Positions 62,130 through 64,000 of a stretch of DNA of 64,000 bases are shown here, piece by piece (position 1 is the first letter of the stretch; each line of letters opens with the position of its first letter). A model generated the notes under the pieces. The model saw only the letters and a program-made list of their open reading frames with translations, did not search any database and had not been told where the DNA came from. The stretch spans positions 2,976,001-3,040,000 of the forward strand of contig OZ218963.1 of the NCBI GenBank assembly GCA_965112735.1. The letters are read 5' to 3'. The stretch is from Phaeosaccion multiseriatum (Eukaryota > Protista > Ochrophyta, other classes). Made by a program: the position numbers and the translations under genes.

Positions 62130-63621
62130 ATGGCGGAAGAAGACGTACTTGTGCTCAAGATCCTCCTCGTGGGCGATCCTGGCTGTGGAAAGACGTCATT
62201 AATACGACGCTATGTGGACAACTCCTTCACCGGGAGCGAGCAGCCCACAATCGGCATGGACTTTAGCTTGAAGGAAGTGGTTTTGGCCGGACAGCGCGTG
62301 AAAGTGCAGCTTTGGGACATTGGTGGGCAGGATCACTCGGCTGCCAACCTCAGCAGGGTGAGAGTTTAGAAATCAGAAGAAGAGTTTTTTAAGGTCGTTC
62401 ACCCTCATCCCCCCCCTCCCCCTCTCTCTCTCTCTTGAATTACACCACATGCGTCGTTCTCCATATTTCCAAGGTTTATTTTAGAGGCTCGGTGGGGGCG
62501 TTCATCGTGTATGATATCTCCCGGCCATCGACCTTTGACGGAGCGACGACGTGGAAGGAGGCACTGGACGAAAGAGTCACACTTCCCAACGGAAAGCCCC
62601 TGCCTGTTATCCTCATTGGGAACAAGAAAGACCTGGAGCCTAGTCTCGCGCAGGTTGACAACGAGTACATGGCGAGGTACTTGCTGTCTTCCCCGCCTCT
62701 CTGAAGGCAGAAGTGCTTGGTCTCTCACTCTCTCTTTCCCTCTTCACCTCATGGAGCTGCGACTGTTGATCTGGTCGCGACCTTCCGACCTTTCCCCCCC
62801 TGCCCCTCGCCTGCCGTCTTATTGTCCGTCCCTCCCAGATACACAAAAGAAAAGGGATTTATAGGGTGGAAAGACACAAACGCGAAGGTAGGTGTAGGGG
62901 GTGGATGGGGCATGGGCAGCACTACTCGGCCCCTGACGGGATTCTGAGGGGCGGTGCACAGAATCCGGAATCCGCCCTGCAGAGGCCACCAGAATTCCAA
63001 ATCCCGTTTCCCTGACTTATTATTACGCACTATGACGTCATTCATTGCCTTATTTCTAAGGCGCACCGCCCAGAATCCGGAACCCGCCCTGCAGAGGTAG
63101 AGGTTACCGCAATCCAGAATCCGCCCTGCAGAGGCCATCAGAATCCGGAATCCCCTTTCCCTCAGAATCCCGTCAGGGGCCGACGCTACAGTAGAGACTC
63201 CACCACCTATCAGAGAGACTTGCCACCCCCGAGGAGCCAATATACATACTGTTGTAACTCGACGCGCGAGAGCATGTTGCCTACCCTTCTCCCCTGCAAT
63301 CGATCACCGCCCCCCATCCCCCCCCCCAACGATCCAACAACATCGCATGTAATTCCGTTCACCGATCCTCGCGGTTTTCTTTTTCCACAGGACGAAGAGG
63401 ACCCCGACTTTGGTTTGGCCCTCATGTGGCTGCTGGAGCACGCCTTGGACCACGTCAATATCTTTGGGAAGCGCGTGGGGGGGTCGTCAGCTGCTCGGCT
63501 GGGGGGGGGCAACAAAGGCGGAGGAGGGAAGGCGGGCGAGGACGGCGAGGAAGACATGATCTGGCTCAACGGCAGTAGCGCTTCCGCCTCGCATTCTTTT
63601 ACGGAGGATTGCTGTTCGTAA
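62130..63621 (+). CDS. Rab GTPase, Rab32/38/29-like, multi-exon
   Basis: KILLVGDPGCGKTS, PTIGMDFSLK, VQLWDIGGQD, LPNGKPLPVILIGNKKDL, GFIGWKDTNAK and a C-terminal CCS prenylation motif are present. Confidence 0.9.
62930..63179. mobile_element. Palindromic MITE family F (AGAATCC repeats) inside the last Rab intron
   Basis: The TIR is CCCCTGACGGGATTCTGAGGG...CCCTCAGAATCCCGTCAGGGG, with internal cagaatccggaatccgccctgcagagg repeats and flanks tcgg / ccga. Confidence 0.88.
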
Positions 63622-63782
63622 CTTGGAAGTGTCGGCGGGGGGAGGATTGTAGAGGTCCTCACCCTGTGGCCGGCTGACACGAGTCATGAGTCATTCTGAG
63701 TGTATTCTCTCTAAAAAATTGTAAATACATTTATCTACAACGCGCCCCGCCTCCGCGGAGCCCCTTTTGGCTGTTCCAACCT

Positions 63783-64000
63783 TCAGCTGTCTTCTCGGCC
63801 GAGAGAAATGCCCATTTCTCTCAGCAGATTCGAAGCCGGTCCAGGCATCCCCCCCTGCGCGGAGAATGACTCCAAAAAGCTCTGAACCAGATTCACGTCA
63901 ACGTCCACAGGCGGCGCAGCATCCTCTTCCTCGTCCCCATCCTCCGCTTCCTGCCACATGGTGTCCAGTTCTTTCTCGCATCCATCTCCTTCCCTCTCCG
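63783..64000 (-). CDS. ECD: 3' end of ecdysoneless (ECD/SGT1 family) homologue
   Basis: The minus strand reads PVDVDVNLVQSFLESFSAQGGMPGPASNLLREMGISLGREDS*, the conserved ECD C-terminal motif. It is absent from the ORF track because it runs off the window. Confidence 0.85.
   Translation of the reverse strand, partial: EREGDGCEKELDTMWQEAEDGDEEEDAAPPVDVDVNLVQSFLESFSAQGGMPGPASNLLREMGISLGREDS

Noticed and set aside
1-64000. tRNA, rRNA or other structured ncRNA genes
   Set aside because: I recognised none by eye. A tRNAscan/Infernal search would be needed to exclude small intronic RNAs.

Overview
Gene-dense, intron-rich eukaryotic nuclear DNA. The bipartite plastid-targeting presequences and overall style point to a secondary-plastid (probably stramenopile) alga, possibly a eustigmatophyte (inference). 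I can support about 14 protein genes, most of them spliced: RNA polymerase III largest subunit (5'-truncated), organellar threonyl-tRNA synthetase, patatin/iPLA2-gamma lipase, plastid Obg GTPase, a PH-domain protein, GDP-L-fucose synthase, Mpv17/PMP22, KLHDC4, a single-exon protein with a plant-like PPxRAxNPL motif, PGAP1, a DUF1995/LPA3-like protein, a polycystin (PKD2-type) channel, an ankyrin protein, a Rab32-like GTPase, and the 3' end of ecdysoneless. Most ORF-track entries are artefacts of microsatellite-filled introns. The unexplained material is mobile DNA. (1) A 6 kb block (35605-41655) holds two tandem copies of a ~2.75 kb foldback-like element with 25-bp terminal inverted repeats; its two arms are inverted, highly diverged arrays of ~180-bp units. 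(2) Five short palindromic MITEs share CCC(C)TG..CA(G)GGG termini, mostly have non-identical YYRR flanks, and each family carries its own internal repeat motif. (3) A TGACG-rich MITE is flanked by TA. (4) A nearly intact Zn2Cys6 zinc-cluster gene remnant, missed by the ORF track, lies next to the large element. Exon boundaries and repeat alignments were read by eye and are approximate.
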